NCBI RefSeq assembly: GCF_046119375.1
Contig: NW_027362765.1
Location: forward strand, 151,404,001-151,468,000
DNA: 64,000 nucleotides
Origin: Phyllobates terribilis
Taxonomy: Eukaryota
Direction: 5' to 3'
Shown here: piece by piece, positions 49,327 through 59,545 of the stretch
Layout of the letters: each line of letters begins with the position of its first letter
Numbering within the stretch: the stretch's first letter is position 1
Notes under the pieces: model-generated
Databases searched by the model: none
What the model was told of the DNA's origin: nothing
Seen by the model: the letters and a program-made list of their open reading frames with translations, nothing else
Program-made: the position numbers and the translations under genes

Positions 49327-51652
49327 TATATCACCACCCTTGACCTGACGAAGGGCTATTGGCAGATCCCCATGTCCAAGGAGAAGACGACTTTCTCGAC
49401 ACCTGATGGGTGCTTTCAATACACTCGGATGCCGTTCTGACTACAGGGGGCCACAGCCACCTTCCAGAGGGCTATGGATCGGATCCTAGCCTCACATAAG
49501 AAGTATGCCGCAGCCTACCTTGACTACACTGTAGTCTTTAGCCCAGACTGGGCTAGTCATCTACCTAAAGTACAGGCCATTCTGGATGCTCTGAGGGAGG
49601 CGGAATTTACTATAAATCCGAAGAAATGTGCCGTTGGAAAAGAGGAGGCCAAGTACTTGGGCTATGTCGTCGGGAGAGGCGAAATAAAGCCGCAAGTCAA
49701 TAAAGTGGAGGCAATCCAGACCTGGCCGCAACCGCTCTCCAAGAAGCAGGTGAGAGCGTTCATGGGAATGGTGGGATATTACCTGTGATTTATCCCAAAT
49801 TTTGCCATGATGGACGCGCCACTGACTGGTCTCCTGAAATGCACCAGATCATCCATGGTGAAGTGGACGGAGGAAACAGAGTTCGCGTTTCAACAGTTGA
49901 AGCTAGCACTGTGTAAGCAGTTGGCCCTGGTTGCACCAGACTTTAAGAAAGAGTTTGTGGTCCGGACAGACGCTTCAGAAGTTGGTCTAAGAGCCGTACT
50001 CTCTCAAGAGATAAATGGGGAGGAACATCCCATTCTCTATCTGAGACGGAAGCTTTCGTTCTGCGAGAAGAACTACGCAATAGTAGAAAAAGTGTTTAGC
50101 CATAAAGTGGTCCATAGATATACTAAAATATTACCTACTAGGCCGGAAGTTTAAATTGGTGTCAGACCATGCCCCTTTGAGATGGTTGAGGGAAAAGAGG
50201 GGTAAAAATGCCAGGCTAACTAGATGGTTCCTCGGTCTTCTAGATTTTAACTTTCACGTGGAGCATAGGCTAGGGAAGTTACACAGGAATGCTGATGCCC
50301 TCTCTAGAATTCCCTGTCTGCTATCTGAAGGTGCCCAAACCCCTGGCTTTGGGTAGAGGGGGGAATAGGTGACAGAGTCACTGGTGTTATATACGAGGGG
50401 AGGTATGTGTCACTCCGGCTGCTAGCCTGTGTGAACTGAAACCTACAAACTTTCTGCCAGCATGTTATATGCTGGTGGTTAACTCACTTAAAGGGTGTGT
50501 TTTTTTGTGAATGGCAAAGATGGTGGGAAGCCATTCACACTACCTCCCCTCAGGGTGTGGCTGAGCAAGTTTAAATGCTCAGTCACTGTTTTTTGAGGAC
50601 TGTATTGTCTGGAGAGGGATGTCTCCAGGCTGTGTTTGGTGAAGCCAGAGAGCAACACCGAAGGACTGGTGTTCGGTGCGACTTCACTGTGCTACCCGGA
50701 GCGGGCGAAGCCTCGCTCGCTAATGAACTCTGTTTAACTTTATCTTTTGTTTTTCCGTTACCCCGGAGAGGGCCTGTTTATTTTTGTGAAACCCTGACGG
50801 AGCTTATGCCATCTAAATAAACCAGCAGGAAGGTAACCTGAGACGTGTGTCCTGCGTCTGCCTCTGGGAGAGCCGAGCAAGTCGCTTTACCACAATATAT
50901 ATATGTACACTATACATATATTTATTCATGCATATATCTCCCGATTCATCCAATTACATTAGAATATGTTTATTCAGTAAACGGTGAGTAATCTTTATTG
51001 CCAGGGCTGGTGTTTTGATGCTGTGTGTTGAGTGAGAGTGAGGTGAAGTTAGGGGAGGAGTGGGAGGATTTGGGTGATATTAGAAGGGGTGTGCTCACTG
51101 CTGCCTTGCAGCCCAGCACAGGGACTGATGGGAAATGTAGTCTGAAGGGAGCAAAGGATCCTGAAGAGCAATTGATGACTATGAACAACAGAACTGGTAC
51201 CAGGGGACAAGAAATGATGCAGAAAAGCATAAAACAGGAAAATTGTCAGAAAAAAGTATATATGGTTTTAGGTGTATTATCCTTAGGCATTTATAGCAAA
51301 ATCAGTGACTGAGTTAGGGTAATTGGTATGACTGAATTTACATAATAGTTATGTCACTAAGAAAAGAAAGTTTGTGTATTTTTTTTCCAAAACAGTGCTT
51401 ATATTGAACATGAACTGTAACTGGTACTGCAGCTGAAAGAAGCTGCAATACCAAAGAGAGCCAAAGGACATGAGTAGCGTTTTAGGGGTAAAATTTGTTT
51501 TCCAATTCTTGACAACCCCTTTATAAAAATAAACATGACCCAGAGCCTCTGCGTGTAAAATTAAATGTATTCTATATGCCTTTTTATGGTGAGAACCTGA
51601 AATTAATAATGTATGCACAATTAATAAAAGTTCTTCAGTACTTCCACACTAA

Positions 51653-51998
51653 AGGTATGTGCACATGTTGCGTTTTTGATGTGTTTTTTTCTTTTGTGGA
51701 AAGAAATGCAGCGTTTCACATTACCAGCAAATTGAATGAGATTTCTAACATTTGATGCACATGTTGCTTATTTTTTCCCCTGCAGGTTTGCAGCATATTT
51801 CGAATCTGCAGCATGTTAGTTCTTTCAGCCTTTTTGTAGCATTTTTCACCCAATCAAATGAAAGGGGAAAAAATAGCAAAAAAAACTCCATGTAAAAAAT
51901 TATCCAAATATGGCAAAAACGTGGTTATTTTAAGCAGCATTTCTCCTGGTAACACTCCAGTATTTGCAGCAGATTTTTCTGAAAGTGTGCACATTCCC
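51653..51998. mobile_element. Harbinger-type MITE
   Basis: aggtatgtgcaca / tgtgcacattccc termini, TAA/TAA TSD. Confidence 0.65.
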
Positions 51999-52500
51999 TA
52001 AAATAATTTCCAGCAATGCTATACATTTTCAACTGGCCTGTGGCTTTAAAAATAAATAAATCTGGATTTCGAAACATATCTGATTGTAGACATACTGAAT
52101 GTTTGCTGTTGGTTTTGCTTGGATATGGTGAGTGACCTTGTGTGAAGGTTTTCCAGAAAAGCACAGTAGAAATGTCTCTTTGGATTTGACTCAAGGTCTG
52201 TGCTTTGAAATGCTGTCTGAGATGGACTGAGTCAGAGATGTGCTCACTGATGGGAAGATGTAAATGTATGTATAACATGATGAGGACATTTTTTTTAACC
52301 TTAGATTTTTATATCAGCAAAATAATGCAACAATATTTCTAACAGAACTGGCCATTGGCAGTCAGTCTTGCTCTTGGGTGATAGAGCCCAGTTACATGCA
52401 AATGTTGCCAGTTCATCTTCAGACTTCAGGACTCAGCATTCCAGGAGCTATAACTTTTCCCATGGTGATAGCTCTACGAGGGCTTGTCTTTAAATGGTAC

Positions 52501-53547
52501 TGTGGCACCCCAGGGGTCTGGTTACCACAGTAATAGAAATATTACGTCTGAGAGCAAGTGGGAAGTTTCCTGGTCAGGAGCCCTTAAGCATGCAACACTT
52601 CCTGCCCAGACCTGGGAGGGGAGGAATCTGCCCTTATAAACTGGGTCTGGGGCGGGATTAGTCAGTCAGAGCCTGGAGTGAAGTTCCAGACACAGGGCAA
52701 GAGACAGCTAGGAGCTCTGTAGGAGCAGGAGCTGAGTGCCAGGGACTGGAAGCAGATATATTGCTCGTCCAGGCTGAAGAGACTACTACCGGACAACGGA
52801 GTCCGAGGCTGTGGGAACCTCTTAGTCCAGCAGCAGAACCCAGCCGGCAGGGGATTCCATGTCCTTTGGCCATAGAAGCCCGGAGGCTCAGTCACAAGGA
52901 AGGGACCAGCACCGCCATCGAGGAGCGGAGGCTATCAGAAAGCCCCAAGTCACCAGCCATACGGGTGAGCACCACACGGTATACTCAGGGACGTGGGCTA
53001 CTTCCACTCGCTTACAGCAAGGTAGCCAGGAAGAGTGCAGATAGACAGGGAGGCCTACAACTCCACCTGGCCAGGGGAACTCCAGCTTGCTCGCAGACTG
53101 ACCAGGCCCCTTATGCTAGCCAGTACTCCCGGGAGGGTCTGCCTTAATATCATCAGTAAAGACCCTGAACTGCACTGCAAAGACTCTGAGTCGTTCCTGC
53201 TTTCTCACCGCATACAGCACTACTAGTACTGGGATGCCCGCGCACCATCACTCCCATCATCCACGTTCCCTGCCCGGAGGCTATACTCTTCCCGTGGGGA
53301 GTTATCCCATCCTTTGCTGCGCACACCACACCAGCCTCAGCGGTCTGCCTCGCAGCGGCGGTACACCCTGACCGCAATCCATGGGTGGCGTAGTCGGACA
53401 TTAAACCACAAAAAACCCTATAAAGATTGCCACTGGTTTGACCACCCTGAGCCACGGGACCGAGTCGCCGCCACGGAGACTACAACCCCCAGAGACCCGG
53501 CTCCGGGTATCCCACACACGTGCACACACGGCCCAGGGGGCGCGTCA
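52501..53547 (+). repeat. 5' LTR (1047 bp)
   Basis: TATAAA 52635-40, AGTAAA 53155-60; about 23 substitutions and one 15-bp indel versus the 3' LTR (hand count). Confidence 0.97.
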
Positions 53548-53551
53548 ACTT

Positions 53552-53569
53552 TGGCGTAGTTGGCAGGAT
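53552..53569 (+). promoter_or_regulatory. Primer-binding site, tRNA-Ser type
   Basis: TGGCGTAGTTGGCAGGAT versus TGGCGTAGTCGGCAGGAT, the complement of the vertebrate tRNA-Ser 3' end (one G:U pair). Confidence 0.85.
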
Positions 53570-53629
53570 TTCGTGCCCGCAACCACCGGGTACTGCGTGC
53601 CTTCAAAAGACTGTCATACCTGCCGTGGT

Positions 53630-53760
53630 GAAGGTTCCCGCCATCCGGAGCCGTTTCCCGCCATCTTCAGAAGGTTCCCGCCATCCGGAGCCGTTTCCCG
53701 CCATCTTCAGAAGTTTCCCGCCATCCGCAGTCGTTTTCCCGCCATCGGACGCCATCTTCG
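53630..53760 (+). repeat. 40-bp tandem repeat (two ~20-bp subunits) in the 5' leader
   Basis: gaaggttcccgccatccggagccgtttcccgccatcttca, about 3 copies. Confidence 0.9.
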
Positions 53761-53984
53761 GGACGCCGTGCGGGAAGAAGAGGGGCATGGACGCCGAAAG
53801 CGCGCGAGACCCGAAGCTCCGCCCCACGCACCGACGCTGCGCAAGGTCCTGGAAGGGAGAGAGAGCGACGCTGACGTCACCAGGACGCGACGCAAGGTCC
53901 TCGTCTGGAGCAGCACCAGCGGAGCCGCGGCCTACAGAAGAGGATCGTCGGAAGGTAGGCCACACTTAACTAGGGGGGAGGAAG

Positions 53985-54978
53985 ATGACGGACACGGAGG
54001 GACCCTCTACCACCAGCGCGGCCACTGCCGCAGTAATGCCATTTACAATGCCCTACATCACCGGAGCGGCCTGGCTGCCCCAATACTCAAGGGAGTCGCA
54101 TACCAGAAGCGACTTTAAAGAGAGACTGTACAGCCTATTTAAGGTATACCCCCTGACGGAGGGCCAGAAAGTGAGCATATTGATAGGCCAGCTAACCGGC
54201 GCAGCCCAGTGTGAAGTAAATTCCTGGTCAGTCAGGGACAAGGAGACCGTAAAGGAGATCTTGGCCCGTCTGAAGGACACTTTTGATACCCGCACCTCAG
54301 CCGAGATCAAAATGAGATTTTATGGGTGCAAGCAGCGGGCCCAAGACAGTATAAGAGACTATGCTTTGAGTTTGCAAGAGGCCCTGGGAGCCGTTAAACA
54401 GGCAGACCCTGACAGTGTGCGGAATGCAGATGAACTGTTAACTGAGCAATTCATTGAGGGTCTGCTGTCCAACGCCCACCGAACCCAGTTGCGTGCAATG
54501 GCCTTGCAGAACCCTGGTTTAGACTTTGCAAAGTTCAAAGACAGGGCCATCCGGGTGCTCCGAGAACCGGCACCGGGTAGCGCTGTAACCTACCGGCGCC
54601 CTGCTATTACCTATCATCAGGAGGCGGCGCCCTTGTCTGCAGAGTCTATAGGAGTTGGTGCGCAGGCTTTAGACAACAACCCCTACTACAGACCTACACC
54701 ATCAGGTCCAAGAGCTAACTAAAAGCGTAGCCGCGCTAACCCGAACTGTGCAGTCTTTACAAGTCTCTCCTCCAGGAAGGATCAAGCTGGCCACCAGTCC
54801 GGAGGACGTCCCGTGGCACCGACCGAGGAGGATCCCATCGTCCAGAGGAAGACCCAGCGACAGATACAACGAGGACGGACAACCCATCTGCCGCCGCTGC
54901 AATCAACCCGGACATATGGCAAGGTACTGTCATTTAAACGGGCACAACCTGGGGCAGAGGGCCAACCCCCAGGCATAA
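53985..54978 (+). pseudogene. gag: gag (PNMA-like capsid plus CCHC), disrupted by an apparent +1 insertion near 54680-54683
   Basis: ORF 53985-54722 continues in the +1 frame as TTDLHHQVQELTKSVAALTRTVQSLQ...CRRCNQPGHMARYC*. Confidence 0.85.
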
Positions 54979-57900
54979 GATCATCAGGCCCATCGAACTG
55001 GAGTGATAAATACGTAGGGGGACATCCGGTCTTGCCTGTGGTACTGGATGGCATTCCTATGAGTGTCCTACTAGACACTGGGTCACAGGTGACTACCGTC
55101 CCGTACGTGCTCTTTAAGCGGTACTGGAATGACTCGGACATAACCCGCTACCCAGATGACGACCTGAGTATCATCGCCAGCAATGGTCAGCCCGTGCCGC
55201 AGGTGGGATTCAAAGAGGTGACCATTAAAATCGGTAAAGTCGAACTGGCGGCACAAGGACTGATTATTGTGGACATTGACTGTCATGAGAGTCACCCTAG
55301 AATAACCTTGGGAACTAACGTGATTGAAAATTGTCTTGCAGAGGTGATTCTCATTTTACAACAGGTTTCCAAGAACGCCAGTTCCAGCCAGCAGCGTGTC
55401 CTCCAAAAAGAGATCCGGGCACTGATGAAACGGCAACAGGTGGAATTATCTGGTGGTGAGATTGGTAGCGTGAGAATGTGTGACCCGTTCCCTATTGCCA
55501 TGCCCTCGAAAAGTGAGATGATGATATTGTGCCGGGCAGCTATTGGTCTAAGAGGTAGAGACTACCAAGCTATGGTAGAGCCCGTCTACTCAGACAGTAG
55601 GCCCACCATTTTGACAGCACGGGGAGTGGTCGATGTATGCCATGGGAGGGTACCTGTCCACATTGTAAATATCGGGGAGAGAGAAGTACACCTGCCCTGG
55701 TATGCCACGCTAGCCAAATTGTTCACCATAAACCAAAATTCTGTAAAGGCCGTAGAACCCTTGCCTCCATCTCAACCAGAGGAAGGTAACGACTCTAAGA
55801 AACAAATGGAGGACTGGTGTCAGCAACTGCATTTGGGTACTGACTCCACTCCCTCACACCAAAAACAGGGAGTCTACCGGGTGGTTCAGGAGTACGAAAG
55901 AGTCTTTAGTAAACACCCGCTAGACTTCGGGCGAGTAAAGGGGGTAGAACATCATATCCCCACGGGAGACCATCCACCCATAAAGGAAAGATACCGACCT
56001 GTACCCCCTGCACACTATCAGCATGCAAAGGGGATGTTGCGGGACATGAAGGAGGCTGGGGTAATCAGGGACAGCTGTAGCCCCTGGGCAGCTCCACTAG
56101 TTCTAATGAAAAAGAAGGACAACACAATGAGAATGTGTGTGGACTACAGAAAGGTCAACCGTATCACACACAAAGATGCGTACCCGTTACCTAGAATAGA
56201 AGAATCTTTAGCTGCATTAAAATCTGCTAACTTCTTCTCCACTTTGGATCTTACTAGCGGGTACTGGCAGGTTCCTGTAGCAGAGGCTAACAAGGAGAAG
56301 ACTGCATTCACCACCCCGATGGGTCTCAGCGAATTCAACTGTATGCCGTTCGGGCTCTGCAACGCACCAGGAACCTTCCAGCGGTTGATGGAATGCTGTC
56401 TGGGACACCGGAATTTCGAGACGGTCCTGTTATACCTGGACGATGTCATTGTTTATTCCAAAACCTACGAGGACCATCTGAAACACCTGGCAGAAGTGTT
56501 TGACGCCCTGGCAAGCTACGGCCTAAAGGTGAAACCCTCCAAGTGTCACCTGCTGAAACCAAAGGTGCAGTACCTGGGACACGTGGTGAGTGCTGACGGA
56601 GTGGCTCCCGACCCCGATAAGATCACAGTGATTAAAGACTGGCCAAGACCCTCCAGCATAAAGGAAGTGCGGCAGTTCCTCGGATTGGTAGGCTACTACC
56701 GAAGATTCATTCCCGGTTTCACCAAAATGGCAGCTCCTATGCAGGACCTCCTGATAGGTCAATCCAGGAAGGCCAAAACCCAGAAGCCGTCCTTCAGGTG
56801 GGAAAAGCTGGAAGAGGAGTCCTTCCGCCAGCTGAAGATGGCCCTCAAGGGAGATGAAATCCTGGCGTACCCTGACTACAGCCAGCCCTTCATCTTCCAC
56901 ACGGACGCGAGCAACATCGGGCTAGGAGCCGTACTGTCCCAGATCCAGCAGGGGAAAGAACGGGTAGTCGCTTACGCCAGCCGAAAACTACGGCCCACAG
57001 AGAGAAACCCTGAGAATTATAGCTCATTCAAGCTAGAGTTCCTGGCAGTAGTGTGGGCAGTGACTGAACGTTTCAAGCATTACCTTGCCTCTTCCAAGTT
57101 CAACGTGTACACGGATAACAACCCGTTGACACACCTAGACACTGCAAGGCTTGGTGCCCTGGAGCAGAGATGGATGGCCCGCCTGTCCAACTATGAATTC
57201 ACCATCAAATACCGGGCGGGACGCTCAAATGCCAATGCGGATGCCCTGTCCAGAATGCCAAACTTACTGGACGTAGGGGAAGATCCAGAAGAACTGGAAG
57301 AAGTGGAGCTCCCTACGTTCCACCATCATGGGATTACCCTGTATTCCCACCGTGTAAGGGACAGGCGCTCTGCTACGTTCAATCCCTTACCCCACTACAG
57401 CTGGGCGGAGACACAAGACAGTGATCCCGCAGTCCGTCTGGTGAAGGAAATGCTGACACAGGCTGATGCCCGTCTTGACCCAGACGCTCCGGAGGAGACC
57501 AAGCAACTGTGGAAAGAGAAAAGTAAGCTGTTTCTTTACAAGGAGAAGCTGTGCCGGAGAATGGTCAACTCTAGAACACATGAGCAGACCTGGCAGGTAG
57601 TGGTCCCAAGACGAGATGCGGCTATGGTTCTGGAGGCATACCACGACGGAGCAGGACACTTCGGATGGAAGAAGCTGGAGTTCCTGTTGCGTGGATGGTT
57701 CTACTGGGTAGGCATGAGAGGAGCCATCGAGAGGTGGTGCAGAGACTGTGGCCCGTGCAGCCTAAGAAGGAAGGACCGTGCAAGCCAGAAGACTCCTCTG
57801 CAGCCCATCATCACCAGGCAGCCACTGGAGCTGGTAGCTCTGGACCATGTGAAACTGGCTCCAAGCAAATCTGGGTACGTCTACGCCCTCACAATCGTAG

Positions 57901-59069
57901 ATCACTACTCCCGGTTCCTGGTGGTGGTCCCTGTCAAGGACTTAACGGCTCAAACAGCAGCTAGAGCCTTCCAGCAGCACTTCTGCCGTCCACACGGGTA
58001 TCCGGAGCAAGTGCTGACGGACCAAGGGCCAGTCTTCGAAGCGGAGGTCTTCCAAGAGTTCTGCAATCTGTATGGCTGCAGGAAGATAAGAACAACGCCC
58101 TATCACCCTCAGACCAATGGACTATGTGAGAAAATGAACCAGGTGGTGATAGACTTGCTAAAAACGTTGCCCCTGGAAGAACGCAGTCTCTGGCCTGAAA
58201 AACTGCCTGATCTGGTGGACTTATATAATCACATCCCCGTAGGTTCCACCAACTGTACCCCGGCTTACCTAATGAGAGCAAGACCTGGTAAACTGCCTAT
58301 TGACCTGGATATGGGAGTCCTGACACCTGAGGACACATTGCCAGAGGCAGACTGGGATACAGAACGGCAGCAGCAGTATCGGAAAGTACAGGAGAGCGTC
58401 GAGCGAAGTCTGTCTCAAGCAAGAGAAAGGCAAGAGAAGACTTTTAACCAGCATGCTCCCGCTGTTCCCCTGGTACCTGGAGAGCAGGTCTTGAAGAGAA
58501 AGAGGCGGCTCCACAAGTTGGACGACCAGTGGGAGAAGGACCCGTACACCGTACTGCCCTCAAGCCATGACAATCCAAAAGTCTGCATAATCAGTAAGGA
58601 TGGAGGAGAGAACATAGCCATTGTCTCCAGAGACCACCTGAAAAAGTGTCCCGAGCAGCTGCAAAACCCTGACGAAGATCAAGAGAACTCTCAACCCGCA
58701 GAGGAAAGGGAAGAAATGATCAGTACCGTACTCGGAGACTTTCCCCGGTCCTGGACTCAAATCAACAACGCAGTCGTGGTACCCATCCTCACCTTTCTCC
58801 AGCCAGCCCCTCAAGGGCCTACAGAGGAACAGGGAGTGTCAGAAGAGCAGCCGGCCCAGGAGGCAGAAAAATCCATACCAGCAGCCCAGGAGAATCAACC
58901 CTCTGCTAGTAGTGAGCCTGCCGTGCCCCTAGTAAGCCAAAGAGTATGCAGAAAGCTGCCAGGCCTGCCCGTAACACCTTCCACACCCTGTAGTGCAGAA
59001 CCAGATAGTGGGTTACGTAGGTCCACCAGGAGCACTAGAGGACAGATGCCCGCTCGCTGGAGAGTCTAA
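54813..59069 (+). CDS. pol: pol polyprotein PR-RT-RH-IN, uninterrupted (naturally entered by frameshift near 54935)
   Basis: LLDTGS, YLDD, DASNIGLG/KLEFL/YTDNNP, HDGAGH..CRDCGPC, ALDH/LTDQG/GLCEKMN; no stops in 1418 codons. Confidence 0.95.
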   Translation: MAPTEEDPIVQRKTQRQIQRGRTTHLPPLQSTRTYGKVLSFKRAQPGAEGQPPGIRSSGPSNWSDKYVGGHPVLPVVLDGIPMSVLLDTGSQVTTVPYVLFKRYWNDSDITRYPDDDLSIIASNGQPVPQVGFKEVTIKIGKVELAAQGLIIVDIDCHESHPRITLGTNVIENCLAEVILILQQVSKNASSSQQRVLQKEIRALMKRQQVELSGGEIGSVRMCDPFPIAMPSKSEMMILCRAAIGLRGRDYQAMVEPVYSDSRPTILTARGVVDVCHGRVPVHIVNIGEREVHLPWYATLAKLFTINQNSVKAVEPLPPSQPEEGNDSKKQMEDWCQQLHLGTDSTPSHQKQGVYRVVQEYERVFSKHPLDFGRVKGVEHHIPTGDHPPIKERYRPVPPAHYQHAKGMLRDMKEAGVIRDSCSPWAAPLVLMKKKDNTMRMCVDYRKVNRITHKDAYPLPRIEESLAALKSANFFSTLDLTSGYWQVPVAEANKEKTAFTTPMGLSEFNCMPFGLCNAPGTFQRLMECCLGHRNFETVLLYLDDVIVYSKTYEDHLKHLAEVFDALASYGLKVKPSKCHLLKPKVQYLGHVVSADGVAPDPDKITVIKDWPRPSSIKEVRQFLGLVGYYRRFIPGFTKMAAPMQDLLIGQSRKAKTQKPSFRWEKLEEESFRQLKMALKGDEILAYPDYSQPFIFHTDASNIGLGAVLSQIQQGKERVVAYASRKLRPTERNPENYSSFKLEFLAVVWAVTERFKHYLASSKFNVYTDNNPLTHLDTARLGALEQRWMARLSNYEFTIKYRAGRSNANADALSRMPNLLDVGEDPEELEEVELPTFHHHGITLYSHRVRDRRSATFNPLPHYSWAETQDSDPAVRLVKEMLTQADARLDPDAPEETKQLWKEKSKLFLYKEKLCRRMVNSRTHEQTWQVVVPRRDAAMVLEAYHDGAGHFGWKKLEFLLRGWFYWVGMRGAIERWCRDCGPCSLRRKDRASQKTPLQPIITRQPLELVALDHVKLAPSKSGYVYALTIVDHYSRFLVVVPVKDLTAQTAARAFQQHFCRPHGYPEQVLTDQGPVFEAEVFQEFCNLYGCRKIRTTPYHPQTNGLCEKMNQVVIDLLKTLPLEERSLWPEKLPDLVDLYNHIPVGSTNCTPAYLMRARPGKLPIDLDMGVLTPEDTLPEADWDTERQQQYRKVQESVERSLSQARERQEKTFNQHAPAVPLVPGEQVLKRKRRLHKLDDQWEKDPYTVLPSSHDNPKVCIISKDGGENIAIVSRDHLKKCPEQLQNPDEDQENSQPAEEREEMISTVLGDFPRSWTQINNAVVVPILTFLQPAPQGPTEEQGVSEEQPAQEAEKSIPAAQENQPSASSEPAVPLVSQRVCRKLPGLPVTPSTPCSAEPDSGLRRSTRSTRGQMPARWRV
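54933..54991 (+). promoter_or_regulatory. -1 programmed ribosomal frameshift signal (T TTA AAC plus H-type pseudoknot)
   Basis: Heptamer in gag frame at 54933-39, 8-nt spacer, stem CCTGGGG/CCCCAGG, loop GGGCC pairs with GGCCC 54987-91; pol lies in the -1 frame. Confidence 0.8.
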
Positions 59070-59533
59070 TGCCAAGTATATATTTATCTGTACATACGTA
59101 AATGCTGAAAAAGGTTTATGTTCTTGTTGCCTGTTCATTGATTATGTTTCTCTAGTTACCCTGCAGGTTTATTTGGACTGACAGGTTATGGACGCTGAGT
59201 AACCGGAACTAAATTGTAGATAGTTGCACCTTGGTGCCTCTTGCGAAGATGGCCGCGGAAGAGAAAAACCTGTCTGGCGTGGCCTCCTTGTGGCCCAAAG
59301 TAGCTAGCCTCAGCCTTGCAGCCACGCCCAGGGCCAACATTTGGGGTTTGCTTTGGACAGGTCCCCTACTCTGTTCCAAGACTTCACCTTGTTGGGTGAC
59401 ATGGACACCCGGTTACGGACACGCCGTGACCTCTAAAGACTAAAGCTTCTTGTACACATGTTGTTGTATTATTGTTTATACCCTGTACTTGTGTTTTCTT
59501 AAAAATGTGTTTAGTCCCGGAGTACTACAATTT

Positions 59534-59545
59534 ACTAGGGGGGAA
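59534..59545 (+). promoter_or_regulatory. Polypurine tract
   Basis: ACTAGGGGGGAA immediately before the 3' LTR TG. Confidence 0.9.

Noticed and set aside
50978-50983. Possible 6-nt microexon (ttcag|TAAACG|gtgagt)
   Set aside because: Weak polypyrimidine tract, no host gene context, and such matches arise by chance
52658-53606. Short ORFs duplicated at 59703-60604
   Set aside because: Duplicated only because they lie in the LTRs; several are altered by LTR substitutions
53438-54118. 226-aa and 149-aa ORFs upstream of or overlapping gag as an extra ORF0
   Set aside because: Start inside the LTR at non-ATG or weak codons, run through the GC-rich tandem repeat and have no domain features
59070-59545. 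env-like gene or chromodomain in the Gypsy element
   Set aside because: Only ~475 bp between the pol stop and the PPT with no long ORF; the pol tail is low-complexity Pro/Glu/Ser without a chromodomain motif
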